Shown here one piece after another: positions 1 to 9,484 of a stretch of DNA of 38,055 bases. The stretch's first letter is position 1; every line of letters begins with the position of its first letter. Made by a program: the position numbers and the translations under genes. The notes under the pieces were generated by a model. The model was given only the letters and a program-made list of their open reading frames with translations, was not told where the DNA came from and did no database searches. This DNA comes from a virus (Duplodnaviria; Caudoviricetes): the IMG/VR virus record IMGVR_UViG_3300044475_000296, positions 1 to 38,055 of that record. One strand, 5' to 3'.

Positions 1-36
1 CTCATTATCTCCAGCCTCTGCTTTGCTAATGAAATT

Positions 37-102
37 AATATAACTTGCGGTTCTTTTTTTGTAAACACCGCAGGTTATAATTAATTATAATTGGCGGTTA
101 TA
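37..102 (-). promoter_or_regulatory. OL operators (three 17-mers) and PL promoter
   Basis: TATAACTTGCGGTTCTT 39-55, AAACACCGCAGGTTATA 63-79, TATAATTGGCGGTTATA 86-102 resemble lambda operators; minus-strand TTTACA-17-TATATT; GGAG and ATG (3-5) lead out of the window. Confidence 0.8.
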
Positions 103-180
103 TATTTGATAGTTAAGGGAATGTTTTTGTAATTATTTTTAGTTCTGGGTATGGATGGGGGCGCGCACTGGTGGCGGATG

Positions 181-209
181 AAAAAAAAGCCCGGCACGTC
201 GGGCTTTTT
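181..209. terminator. Bidirectional intrinsic terminator downstream of cI
   Basis: A8-GCCCGGC-ac-GTCGGGC-T5. Confidence 0.75.
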
Positions 210-217
210 GGGAGGGG

Positions 218-916
218 TTAGACAAGCATCATGGTGGTCTGGACTGCGACACCGATGATTTGGCAGTTTCCGTTTATGGGGATTAGTGGCCATGCGGGAT
301 TAAGTCCCTTAAGGTAGCGCTGCCCCCCGTCGATAACTAGTTTTTTAAAAGTGGCCTCGTTGGAGTCTTCGAGTTTAGCTATAACTAAACTACCGTTGAC
401 TGGCGCCCTTCCAGTGTCGAAGAGAACAAATGTTCCCTCGGGGATGCTGACGCCAACTGGTGACGTCATTGAATCACCATCAACTCGCAACCAGAACCCA
501 TTACCTTGTATATGGGCGCTTGATTCGATCCACTCGTCGATGTCTTTTAGTTGGTAAGCCTCGACAGCCTCACTCCACGTGCCAGCCTGGACGCTGCTTA
601 TGACCGGGTATCTTTTTTCAGGCTTATAGCTCCCAGCAAGCGAAACATTCGAATGAGACAACCCTTCCGCTTCATCTGCCATTGATGGGCTAAAATCTTT
701 TATGTTAACTCCAAGAAGCGAAGCAAACTCCGCAGCTCTCTTTAAGTTAAGCGCATTTTTACCCGAAAGAATCTGAGCCACAGCGCTCTGAGATATCCCT
801 AATCTTTCCGCAACGATCTCTTGAGAAAGTCCCAACTCCTTCTTTCTGCTTTCATAAATGGATTTCAGGCTTAGCGCATCACTGAGTTGTTCAGGGGAAA
901 GTGGTTTTTTCTTCAT
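218..916 (-). CDS. cI: Lambda CI-like repressor (HTH + S24 autopeptidase)
   Basis: N-terminus KKKPLSPEQL..KKELGLSQE..SQSAV..NALN closely resembles lambda CI; VQAG cleavage site, GDSM serine and TFKKL lysine motifs. Confidence 0.95.
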   Translation of the reverse strand: MKKKPLSPEQLSDALSLKSIYESRKKELGLSQEIVAERLGISQSAVAQILSGKNALNLKRAAEFASLLGVNIKDFSPSMADEAEGLSHSNVSLAGSYKPEKRYPVISSVQAGTWSEAVEAYQLKDIDEWIESSAHIQGNGFWLRVDGDSMTSPVGVSIPEGTFVLFDTGRAPVNGSLVIAKLEDSNEATFKKLVIDGGQRYLKGLNPAWPLIPINGNCQIIGVAVQTTMMLV

Positions 917-939
917 GGGTTAATCTCCAGTTCCTTATG

Positions 940-1009
940 AAATTATCACCGCTGGGAATAATAATCAATAACCGCAGGTGTTGCAATAAATACAACCGCT
1001 AGTTATATT
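940..1009. promoter_or_regulatory. OR3/OR2/OR1 with PRM and PR
   Basis: TATCACCGCTGGGAATA 944-960, AATAACCGCAGGTGTTG 967-983, TACAACCGCTAGTTATA 991-1007; PR TTGCAA-17-TATATT (+); PRM TTGATT-17-TAATTT (-); same geometry as lambda. Confidence 0.85.
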
Positions 1010-1027
1010 TATGTCGGGAGGAAACTT

Positions 1028-1225
1028 ATGGAAAAACTCACGTTAAAAGAATTCGCAGACCGATTCGGGCAAGAAAGTGCTGCCAGTGCTCTCGGTGTCA
1101 AACAAAGCGCCATCAGCAAAGCTATTCGAGTGAAAAGAAACGTAACTGTGACGCTCCTGAAGGACGGGGCGGCTAGTGCTGAGGAGATTAAGCCTTTTCC
1201 TAGCCAAAGGCTTAAAGGGGTGTGA
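1028..1225 (+). CDS. cro: Lambda Cro-like repressor
   Basis: TLKEFADRFGQ..LGVKQSAISKAI..AEEIKPFPS parallels lambda Cro; divergent from cI; GGAGG SD. Confidence 0.93.
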   Translation: MEKLTLKEFADRFGQESAASALGVKQSAISKAIRVKRNVTVTLLKDGAASAEEIKPFPSQRLKGV

Positions 1226-1226
1226 C

Positions 1227-1483
1227 ATGTCACCAGAGCAATTCATACGCAAACACATAACCGCCGTGCTGGTGGATGAGGGGTTTCCTTCAGGTGTCGC
1301 AGGGGGGCAGAGCACGGCGTTGATTATTACCGACGAATGTCGCAGGCCAGCAAAAAAGGAGGTTGTTTCGATGATTGCCTGTTTCGCGCCCGTCAATGGG
1401 CGCTTGGGCAAATCACAGCAGCAGAGAGAAAAACAGGAAAAAGAAAAGCCGGGAAGAGTTGCACCTCTGACCAGCTACTTTGA
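1227..1483 (+). pseudogene. Small phage protein apparently frameshifted at a G6 run (1302-1307)
   Basis: ATG 1227 directly after cro; one extra G gives ...GGAEHGVDYYRRMSQASKKGGCFDDCLFRARQWALG..., ending at 1483 just before the SD of the next gene. Confidence 0.55.
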
Positions 1484-1498
1484 TCGGGGAGATAAATC

Positions 1499-2323
1499 AT
1501 GAATAACGATATCAGAACGTTCGATTTTAAATCAAGCGCTGGAGAGCTTTTAGCTTCAGTTAGAACGGTGACGATTGAACAGACTCCGTGGTTTTTCGCT
1601 ATGGATGTGTGTGACGCTCTGGAGCTAACAAACTCATCAATGGCGTTACAGTCTGTTGATGAAGAAGATAGGGGTGAACATAAGCATTACTTAGGTTCAG
1701 GTCGAAAGCCTTTGCTGGTTAACGAATCCGGCCTCTACGCACTCATCCTTAAAAGTCGGAAAAAGAAAGCTAAACACTTTAAGCGCTGGGTTACGTCTGA
1801 GGTGATTCCGTCAATTCGCCGTACCGGTTCTTATAGTCTTTCACCCGTCAGTGAAATTCCCAACTTTAGCGATCCGGCAGCAGCTGCGCGTGCGTGGGCT
1901 GACCAGTATGAAGCCACGAACAAGGCGATTGGTTATGCCCATCGTCAAGCTCAGTACATTGAGCATCTGGAAAACCTGTTTAAGCCAGGAATAACACCAG
2001 TGAAATTCTGCAAGCAACTGAACGGCGTCAACGTTCAGCAGGTTAGCGCGTTTCTGGAAGAGCACAACTGGCTGTATGACGATCGCCCCGAATCCAGCCA
2101 CCCCGCATGGCGCGTTAAGTCGTATGCACGCGATCAGTACCTTACCGAACGGCGCAACCAAATAGAGCGAAATGATTTCGATAGCTTCGATGCCTACACG
2201 CCAGTTCTGCTACGGAAGGGGGCTGTCTGGCTTTATCGCCAATACCTGAAAGGTTGCCTACCCATGAAGAAAAACTGGAACGGCGAATTTACTCACGACA
2301 AAGAATTGGCAGGTGCCGCATGA
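1499..2323 (+). CDS. BRO-N domain antirepressor with ANT/KilAC-like C-terminus
   Basis: VRTV..PWFFAMDVCDALEL..VNESGLYALILKSRK..AKHFKRWVTSEVIPSIRRTGSY. Confidence 0.88.
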   Translation: MNNDIRTFDFKSSAGELLASVRTVTIEQTPWFFAMDVCDALELTNSSMALQSVDEEDRGEHKHYLGSGRKPLLVNESGLYALILKSRKKKAKHFKRWVTSEVIPSIRRTGSYSLSPVSEIPNFSDPAAAARAWADQYEATNKAIGYAHRQAQYIEHLENLFKPGITPVKFCKQLNGVNVQQVSAFLEEHNWLYDDRPESSHPAWRVKSYARDQYLTERRNQIERNDFDSFDAYTPVLLRKGAVWLYRQYLKGCLPMKKNWNGEFTHDKELAGAA

Positions 2324-3153
2324 GTATGGATCTGATGGTTCAGGCCATGAAAATTAAAGTGGGTAACCCATTACGCAAGTTAGTGCTTCTAAAGCTGGCT
2401 GATAACGCCAGTGACAGAGGGGAGTGCTGGCCGAGTTACCAACACATCGCTGACCAATGCGAAATAAGCAAGCGCTCGGTAATGAATCACATTGATGCTC
2501 TTTGTGATTGCGGAATGCTTAAAAAAGAGCTTCGCAAGGGGCCGAAAGGGAACTCAAGCAATGTTTATCGCATCACGCTAAATAGTGCAGGAGATTCACT
2601 AGGGGGTAGTGCAGGAGCTGATCTACATGGTGCAGGAGATTCACCACATAGTGCAGGAGATTCACTAGTGGGTAGTGCAGGAGATTCACCCAGAATCAGT
2701 CACTCTTTTGAACCAGTCAATGAACCAGTCAATGAACCTTTAAAACCTATTGGCACATCGGCTGGCGCCACTATGCTGGCACGCTCTGCAAAGCAGGAAT
2801 ATTCACAAGAGTTTGAATCTGCTTGGCAAGCCTACCCTAAGCGCGCTGGTGGTAATCCGAAGAATTCAGCTTACAAGGCGTGGAATGCACGACTCAGGGA
2901 GGGCGTAACCCCCGAAACCATGCTGGAGGGTGTTAAGCGCTATGCGGCATTCGTCACCGCCACCGGAAAATCGGGATCGGAATACGTCAAGCAGGCTGCG
3001 ACTTTCTTCAGTCCCGATAAACACTTCAACGAATCATGGCAAGCGCCGCAGGCATCAGGAGGTGTACGCGCTGTAAGCCAACACACTGGCTTCTCATCCC
3101 GTGACTACGGGAAAACGAATATTCCTGCATGGGCTAGGGAGGCTAAGTCATGA
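2320..3153 (+). CDS. Phage replication initiator (N-terminal winged HTH, O-like)
   Basis: KLVLLKLADNA..CWPSYQHIADQCEIS; C-terminal FESAWQAYPKR; internal iterons; ATGA overlap start at 2320. Confidence 0.88.
   Translation: MSMDLMVQAMKIKVGNPLRKLVLLKLADNASDRGECWPSYQHIADQCEISKRSVMNHIDALCDCGMLKKELRKGPKGNSSNVYRITLNSAGDSLGGSAGADLHGAGDSPHSAGDSLVGSAGDSPRISHSFEPVNEPVNEPLKPIGTSAGATMLARSAKQEYSQEFESAWQAYPKRAGGNPKNSAYKAWNARLREGVTPETMLEGVKRYAAFVTATGKSGSEYVKQAATFFSPDKHFNESWQAPQASGGVRAVSQHTGFSSRDYGKTNIPAWAREAKS
2583..2738 (+). repeat. Replication origin iterons inside the initiator gene
   Basis: Five TRGTGCAGGAG(ATTCAC) repeats at 2583, 2607, 2628, 2649, 2673 (21-24 bp spacing), then a TGAACCAGTCAA tandem at 2709-2738. 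Confidence 0.85.
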
Positions 3154-4019
3154 CTGTACATAGCGAAAATATCAGAAACATCGAGTTTAAGCTTACGGAG
3201 CTGCGCCATGATGAGGCGTTTAGTGAGGGGCGACTCACGGGGCCGAATGAGGTTTACCAGCAGATCGAACAAATGGATTGTGCTTGCACAACGCATGGCG
3301 CTTACAAGGGATTTCGCGCATCGATTGATGCTCGCGGCCGCACGATTGAAAAATTCTCTCGCTGCCCGATCTGCGTGGAGGGAGATATCCATAGCGCTGA
3401 AAACGAACACGCGAATGCCATCACAGGCGCACTGCTGGAAAGGGCGAACATTCCACCGCGATTCATGCACTGCGAATTCTCCAACTTCCAGCCTGTGACG
3501 CCTAAAGCGGAGGATGTGGTCAGTATCGTGAGCGCTTATGTCGATGCATGGCCCAACATGCTGGCGACCGGTACAGGGCTAATCCTTTGCGGAAAACCCG
3601 GCACTGGAAAAAACCATCTGGCGATCGCCCTGATGAAAGAGCTGGTGCGCCAGCATCAGGCAAGCGTATTGCTCACGTCAGTTATGCGAATGATCCGCGC
3701 ATTTAAGCGCTGCTGGTCGCGCACTGGAGATTTTACCGAGGACGAATTGATTGGAGTGTATACCGATTGCGACCTACTGATTATCGATGAAGTGGGTGTG
3801 CAGTACGGCACGAACGCTGAACAGGTAGTGCTATTCGACATCATCAACACGCGATATGAAAACATGATGCCTACCGTGCTGATCAGCAACCTGACACCAT
3901 CGCAAATTTCGGAGGCTATCGGCGAACGTCTGACCGATCGCATGAGTGAGGGGGATGGCGCGGTGCTGGTTTTTGATTGGGATAGCTACAGACCACAGAA
4001 AGTCGTGGTGGCTGAATGA
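3150..4019 (+). CDS. DnaC/IstB-like AAA+ helicase loader
   Basis: Zn-type CxxHG..CPIC, Walker A GKPGTGKN, Walker B LLIIDEVG, LISN, DRM. Confidence 0.9.
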   Translation: MTVHSENIRNIEFKLTELRHDEAFSEGRLTGPNEVYQQIEQMDCACTTHGAYKGFRASIDARGRTIEKFSRCPICVEGDIHSAENEHANAITGALLERANIPPRFMHCEFSNFQPVTPKAEDVVSIVSAYVDAWPNMLATGTGLILCGKPGTGKNHLAIALMKELVRQHQASVLLTSVMRMIRAFKRCWSRTGDFTEDELIGVYTDCDLLIIDEVGVQYGTNAEQVVLFDIINTRYENMMPTVLISNLTPSQISEAIGERLTDRMSEGDGAVLVFDWDSYRPQKVVVAE

Positions 4020-5407
4020 GTGCATTCTGGAAAAATTACGATATCGAAAGCGCCTTTATCGGTTGCTTATTCCTGCGCGGACTTGATAGCGAGGTTTCGG
4101 AGATTATTTCAAGGGTTCCAGCGAGTGCATTCGCTGCTTTCGAGTACCGCGAAATTTACAAGGGGATATGCCTACAGGCCAAAACCATTAATGCCATCGA
4201 TCCTGTGCTGCTGAGCGATTCTATGCCAGAGCGATCATCAATAATTATTGAAACAGGCAGGATGGCACAGGGAACGGCGATGCTGAAACCCTATGCTAAT
4301 TCTCTGTTGCGTAACGCTGCCATCCGTGCAGCCGAAGACACCTTAAGCAATGCACTAAAGCTTATTGGGGGAGCCAGAACACCAGAAGAGGCAATGAGAG
4401 CGGTCAACGACACAAAAGAGGTGGTGGCGTCACTCAGCTTTGATTCCAGCAAAATCAGCCCGATTCATATTGATGAATTATTACCTCGCGTCGTTGATCG
4501 CCTGGATGCGAAGTTGGCCGGAAAGGATGACGGGCGGGCGCTACTTACAGGGATTGATGATCTGGATTTACTTACTGGCGGATTCGACCCTACCGATCTG
4601 ATTTTTATCGCAGCGCGGCCATCAATGGGGAAAACAGAATCGGTTCTGGATATTACCGATAGCGTCAGCGCTAAAGGCGGCGGCGTTCTTCTGTTCAGCA
4701 TGGAAATGTCAGATGACCAAATCACTGATCGTATGGTTTCCGCTGCTGGTGGTCTTCCTGTATCTAAATTGAGGGCGCCAGAAAGCCTTGATGATGAAAG
4801 TTGGGCGCGGATCTCTCAGGGGATAGGTCAGATGACTGGCCGGCCGATCTGGATTATTGACGCCTCAGAGTTGAACGTTGAGGAGATCGAAAGTATTTCA
4901 GTGGCACACCTGGAATCTCACCCTGAAACGGCGCTGATTGTCGTTGACTATCTCGGCCTGATTAAAATAGCGGGAAACAAACGCCATGACCTTGAAATAG
5001 GGGATGTATCAAAAGGACTGAAGCGCATAGCGAAGAAACAGCGGAGGCCAGTTGTCGCCCTAAGCCAGCTATCAAGAAGCGTTGAATCAAGACCAAATAA
5101 GCGCCCGGTTAACGCCGACCTTAAAAACTCAGGGGAAATAGAGGCTGATGCGGACATCATCATGATGCTGTACCGCGACGAAGTTTATAACCCTGAATCA
5201 CCCGCCAAAGGCATCGCCGAAATAAACATTACTAAAAACAGGAATGGGCCACTAGGGACGGTGTATCGCCGCTTCTTCAACGGGCATTTTTTCCCAATCA
5301 ACCAGGATGAAGCGAAAAGACTGTCTACCCCTGAAGTTAAGCAGACTGGCAGATCTCGTCCTTACAAAAAAAGCTATCGCAACGGGAGTGACAACAATGC
5401 GTACTGA
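4016..5407 (+). CDS. dnaB: Phage DnaB-like replicative helicase
   Basis: AARPSMGKT, FSMEM, VVDYLGLI, ALSQLSR, DLKNSGEIEADAD, KNRNGPLG. Confidence 0.95.
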   Translation: MSAFWKNYDIESAFIGCLFLRGLDSEVSEIISRVPASAFAAFEYREIYKGICLQAKTINAIDPVLLSDSMPERSSIIIETGRMAQGTAMLKPYANSLLRNAAIRAAEDTLSNALKLIGGARTPEEAMRAVNDTKEVVASLSFDSSKISPIHIDELLPRVVDRLDAKLAGKDDGRALLTGIDDLDLLTGGFDPTDLIFIAARPSMGKTESVLDITDSVSAKGGGVLLFSMEMSDDQITDRMVSAAGGLPVSKLRAPESLDDESWARISQGIGQMTGRPIWIIDASELNVEEIESISVAHLESHPETALIVVDYLGLIKIAGNKRHDLEIGDVSKGLKRIAKKQRRPVVALSQLSRSVESRPNKRPVNADLKNSGEIEADADIIMMLYRDEVYNPESPAKGIAEINITKNRNGPLGTVYRRFFNGHFFPINQDEAKRLSTPEVKQTGRSRPYKKSYRNGSDNNAY

Positions 5408-6254
5408 TAACAAAGAACACAAAGCCCTTTTTGCCATCCCTTCACCGTCACATAGCACGGAGATAGCGACAACAAAGCCGCTGCCACCTCAACGGGCGAT
5501 TACAGGGCATAAACAAACAGATGCTTATCTGTGGGTTCTGGAGGTTATCCAACTGAATGAGCCCGCGCATCTGTCAGCGGCAGAGGAAGCGCTCAGCAAG
5601 CTGAAGATAACCCCAAAGGATGCTCAGCAGCGTTACACAGATCATCTGGCAAAGTCCGGCGCTCACCCAATGCAGATAGCGTTTGGCGCCATGTTTCTTG
5701 ATAACCCGCAGGGATACATTAACAGGGCGAAAGAAGCCATCAGCAAAGCCTCAGAGGTACGGGCTGTTTTCGGTAGTTATGAAGCTGCCCTGGAAGACAC
5801 TGAAGCCGAAAAAAGGATGTTGTCTGGTGAAATGGCTGATGTTTATTCAACGTACTGGGGGTGGACGAAAAAAGAGATCAAAGATAATTGCAGACACGGC
5901 CATCGCATCTTTGAAGTTGATGAACAACGATATGCCATGTCAAAAGGCTTCAAAGATCGACTACCAGAACCAGAAACACTGTCTGATGTGGTGCGCGAGT
6001 TTCACTACTGGGGCTGGCTTTACTGGCTGCGCCATAGTGCAGCCAAAGAACTCGGTTACGAATACGGCGATGGTGAACGGGCTTATATCAATGACAGGGA
6101 AGACTATCTGCGGGATAGGCTGGCAACTATCAAGCCGATATCCCGCAATGAGGCGCTAGAAGTCTGTAAATGGGTATTGGCAAACGAGAGCTTAAACGAT
6201 CTGGGTGAGAAGACGGATAACATCATTTTAAATCTGGTTGGGGAGTGTGGCTAA
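5397..6254 (+). CDS. Hypothetical phage protein
   Basis: Long ORF overlapping the dnaB end; GGGAG SD before ATG 5397. Confidence 0.7.
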   Translation: MRTDNKEHKALFAIPSPSHSTEIATTKPLPPQRAITGHKQTDAYLWVLEVIQLNEPAHLSAAEEALSKLKITPKDAQQRYTDHLAKSGAHPMQIAFGAMFLDNPQGYINRAKEAISKASEVRAVFGSYEAALEDTEAEKRMLSGEMADVYSTYWGWTKKEIKDNCRHGHRIFEVDEQRYAMSKGFKDRLPEPETLSDVVREFHYWGWLYWLRHSAAKELGYEYGDGERAYINDREDYLRDRLATIKPISRNEALEVCKWVLANESLNDLGEKTDNIILNLVGECG

Positions 6255-6317
6255 TGCGTATTAAATTTCCTATAGTACCCATCTCCCTCGCGCGCGCGCG
6301 CGTTTAGGGGGTGCATT

Positions 6318-6608
6318 TTGCCTCTCGTTTCCACTTTCAGGGTTGACTGGTTCCGCGTAATTACCGACATCACACGCACCGGCGTATCGCTATATGACTT
6401 AGCTCATGAGGTGGGTGTATCAAAGTCTGCGGTTATTGGTTGGAAATCCGGTGCGGAGCCTAAACACGGGGATGGTGAGAGTTTAATAGCCATGTGGTGT
6501 CTAGTCGCGTCCAAGCAGCGTGAACGCCTGCCAGTTGTTGTTTATAGGCAGCAGTTTCTGTTTAAGGGGAAATTACCCCATCGAGGCGGCGGGAAATCGC
6601 CGCAATGA
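6318..6608 (+). CDS. HTH protein, candidate late-gene activator
   Basis: SLYDLAHEVGVSKSAVIGWKSGAEP HTH; last gene of the early operon (Q-equivalent position); TTG start. Confidence 0.7.
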   Translation: MPLVSTFRVDWFRVITDITRTGVSLYDLAHEVGVSKSAVIGWKSGAEPKHGDGESLIAMWCLVASKQRERLPVVVYRQQFLFKGKLPHRGGGKSPQ

Positions 6609-6671
6609 GTAATGATGTTGATGGTGGGCATGGAAAAGCCCACTAAATTAATAAGATTAGTCAGGTTAACC

Positions 6672-6695
6672 AGGTCGCTGTTGCGGCCTTTTTTC
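6672..6695 (+). terminator. Terminator ending the early right operon
   Basis: AGGTCGC-tgtt-GCGGCCT followed by a T run. Confidence 0.65.
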
Positions 6696-7080
6696 ATGAC
6701 GCTACTCAGGAAAATTTTGTCTCAGTGCCTTATGGTACTAGTTGCGAGGTTGTCAACAGGGTGACCGATGGTCACTATGGTCTTAATTAAAGATGCAAGT
6801 CATTGATTAAGATTAATTCGGGTGAATCGTCTGAGTCAGGTTTACTGACTCGCAAATCTGCAAGCACACCCCTTTGTCGTTAAAAACACCCACTTCGAGC
6901 AATAAAATTCATATGCACTTTCCCCTATGTTTTATGCACGATTTATTCACCACTTTTTGACCAATCTTAGAGAGAAAACATAGAGAAATACGCACTTCAC
7001 ACACATTGCGTGATGAGTGCTGTTTCGGCGGTGCGCAAAAGCGCCATTATGTTAAATAGCCCCATAAATCTGCATTTTTT

Positions 7081-7114
7081 GGTCGGGAAACCGACCGCGG
7101 GGCAAGGGAATAAT
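7081..7114 (+). promoter_or_regulatory. Late-promoter motif copy 1 (head operon)
   Basis: GGTCGGGAAACCGACC + 12 nt + AATAAT. Confidence 0.75.
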
Positions 7115-7141
7115 TGCGACTCTCAAACAGGAGACGTAATC

Positions 7142-7627
7142 ATGGGTCGACCAAGAAAACAGATAGAAACGCCGGGAGCCGCTACAGCAGGTGACGAAAC
7201 GGCATCTGCCGTTACGTTGTTAAACTCCACCCCAGCCAACACACAGGAACAGTTACACGCCGCCACCGCTGGCGCCACGGTGCTAACGGTGGCGGGTGCC
7301 GCTACAGCAGAGGGTACGGGAGTGGGTACAGAGGGCGGCAGTCCTGCGGCGCTAACCCCTGTCACGCTTACACCAGAAGCTCTCGCGGCGCGAAACGAAG
7401 CTCTTTCAGGCTTGAGCGCTGAAGCATTCAAGATCATCACTAAATTTGAAGCCTACGGCTTTATTGATGAGCACGAAAATCCGCTAACTAACTGCCTAGA
7501 CTTTATCGAACTGGTCAAATTAGCGACCACCAGCCAAACAACCACAGCAGCAATCGTGACAGAAGACGGCCAGCTTAAAACCTTTTCAGCGCCCGTTCTC
7601 ACCGATCGCGGTTGGCTGGTTAAGTAA
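7142..7627 (+). CDS. Hypothetical Ala/Thr-rich phage protein
   Basis: CAGGAG SD before ATG 7142; first late gene. Confidence 0.7.
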   Translation: MGRPRKQIETPGAATAGDETASAVTLLNSTPANTQEQLHAATAGATVLTVAGAATAEGTGVGTEGGSPAALTPVTLTPEALAARNEALSGLSAEAFKIITKFEAYGFIDEHENPLTNCLDFIELVKLATTSQTTTAAIVTEDGQLKTFSAPVLTDRGWLVK

Positions 7628-7637
7628 GGGGATCGCT

Positions 7638-7856
7638 ATGTGTGGAGGAACGCCAAGCGTAGTGCAGAGCAATCCTGAGGCAGACGCAGCAGCAGCAGCA
7701 GACGCCGCGGCCAAATCAGCCAACGCGGACGCGGCAGCACGCAAGAAGCGCAAAAAGGGGTCGTCTTTGCTGGCTAACGGCGCGGAGGGGGCCGCGGACA
7801 GCAACACATCACTGCTATCGAGTGGCGCAAGCGGTAAAAGTAACTTAGGGGCGTAA
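7638..7856 (+). CDS. Small virion protein preceding portal (T7 gp7.3-like position)
   Basis: MCGG start, Ala-rich and basic patch; synteny. Confidence 0.7.
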   Translation: MCGGTPSVVQSNPEADAAAAADAAAKSANADAAARKKRKKGSSLLANGAEGAADSNTSLLSSGASGKSNLGA

Positions 7857-9484
7857 TGATGGATGATATTGCCGCAAAGCTGATCCGGCGTACCGATTCA
7901 CTCAAGGCTATTCGTCAGCCGAATGAGGCGGTATGGCGTGAGTGCTACGACCACACCTATCCGCTGCGCGGTGCTGGTTTCTCATCTGACGTTCTTGATG
8001 CACAGAGTGCGAGATCGAAAGTCGCAAAGCTGCTGGATGGTACCGCGACTGATAGCGCCAGAATTCTGGCCTCTGCGCTTATGTCTGGCATGACACCAGC
8101 TAACGCGCAGTGGCTGGACTTAAACAGCGAAAGCCTGACTGATGACGAAAAGGCATGGCTTTCTACATGCGCAACGCTGGTGTGGGAAAACATTCACGCA
8201 GCCAATTTCGACGCGGAAGCGTATGAATCATGCCTCGATGTCGTATGTGCCGGCTGGTTTGCGCTGTACATCGATGAGGACAGGGAAGAAGGAGGCTACA
8301 CATTCCAGCAGTGGCCGCTGCCGCAAGTATACGCAACGTCCAGCCGCCGTGATGGCATCGTAGATACAGTTTACCGCTGCTATCCACTCACCGCTGAACA
8401 GGCTGTGAAAGAGTTTGGCGGGGATAAGCTGAGCGACAAAATCAAGGATGCTGCGAAGACAAAGCCCGACACCAAATTCGATTTTATTCACGCAATTTTC
8501 CCGCGTGAGAGTTACGTGGTTGATGCGCGACTCGCAAAGAATATGCGCTTTGCGTCGTATCACATCGAAGTGGCAGAGAAGCGCACGGCGCGTGAGTCTG
8601 GTTATCACGAATTTCCTGTCGCTGTTCCGCGCTGGATGAAAATACCGGGCAACCCGTACGGCGTCGGCCCCGTTTACGATGCGCTGCCGGATTGCAAAGA
8701 GCTGAACGAAATTAAACGCATGGAGAAAGCCGCACAGGATCTGGCTATTTCCGGCATGTGGATTGCGGAAGATGACGGCGTGCTGAATCCGCGCACCGTC
8801 AAGGTGGGGCCTCGGCGGATTATCGTAGCCAACAGCGTAGAAAGTATGAAACCACTTCTGACTGGCGCAGATTTCAACGTCGCATTTACGGCAGAGGAAC
8901 GGCTACAGGCGCAGATACGCAAGATTCTGATGGCTGACCAGCTCCAGCCGCAGAATGGCCCCGCAATGACAGCTACGGAAGTTCATGTGCGGGTAGCGCT
9001 AATTCGTCAATTGCTCGGTCCTGTCTATGGACGCTTCCAAGCTGAATACCTTCAACCCCTCGTTGAGCGCTGTTTCGGTATCGCGTTCCGCGCTGGCGTA
9101 TTCCCGCAAATGCCAGACAGCATGCAGCAGGCCAATTTCAATGTTCGCTATATCTCACCGCTGGCGCGTGCGCAAAAGCTGGAGGACGTAACAGCTATTG
9201 AGCGCCTCGGTGCAAACATGGCTCAACTGGCGCAAATCAATCAGCAGGTTACCGACTTGATAGACACCGACCAGGCTACGCGCGTGATTTCTGAGGCGCT
9301 AGGCGTCCCAGCGAAAGTTATTCGCAGTGCTGGTGATGTCGCAACATTACGCGACCAACGCGCACAGGCGCAGCAGCAGGCGGCACAGCAGCAAATGATG
9401 ATGCAGGCAGGGCAGGAAGCCGCCAGCGCAGCAGGGAAAGAGGCTGGGACGTCAATCATTCAACAGATGGCAGGTAACCAGTAA
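7856..9484 (+). CDS. Portal (T7-like head-tail connector)
   Basis: PRW..PYGVGP..ALPD, MTATEV, LGPVYGR..EYLQPLVER, YISPLARAQ, Gln-rich tail. Confidence 0.92.
   Translation: MMDDIAAKLIRRTDSLKAIRQPNEAVWRECYDHTYPLRGAGFSSDVLDAQSARSKVAKLLDGTATDSARILASALMSGMTPANAQWLDLNSESLTDDEKAWLSTCATLVWENIHAANFDAEAYESCLDVVCAGWFALYIDEDREEGGYTFQQWPLPQVYATSSRRDGIVDTVYRCYPLTAEQAVKEFGGDKLSDKIKDAAKTKPDTKFDFIHAIFPRESYVVDARLAKNMRFASYHIEVAEKRTARESGYHEFPVAVPRWMKIPGNPYGVGPVYDALPDCKELNEIKRMEKAAQDLAISGMWIAEDDGVLNPRTVKVGPRRIIVANSVESMKPLLTGADFNVAFTAEERLQAQIRKILMADQLQPQNGPAMTATEVHVRVALIRQLLGPVYGRFQAEYLQPLVERCFGIAFRAGVFPQMPDSMQQANFNVRYISPLARAQKLEDVTAIERLGANMAQLAQINQQVTDLIDTDQATRVISEALGVPAKVIRSAGDVATLRDQRAQAQQQAAQQQMMMQAGQEAASAAGKEAGTSIIQQMAGNQ

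Noticed and set aside
2583-2738. Repeats in the initiator as novel array or protein repeat
   Set aside because: Ordinary lambdoid iteron origin
7010-7141. N-terminal extension of ORF 7010..7627 sharing LVGKPTAG with the TerL C-terminus
   Set aside because: The shared peptide is the translated DNA motif; the SD supports a start at 7142
7678-7740. GCA repeats in the small virion gene
   Set aside because: Encode a poly-Ala helix; in-frame low complexity only
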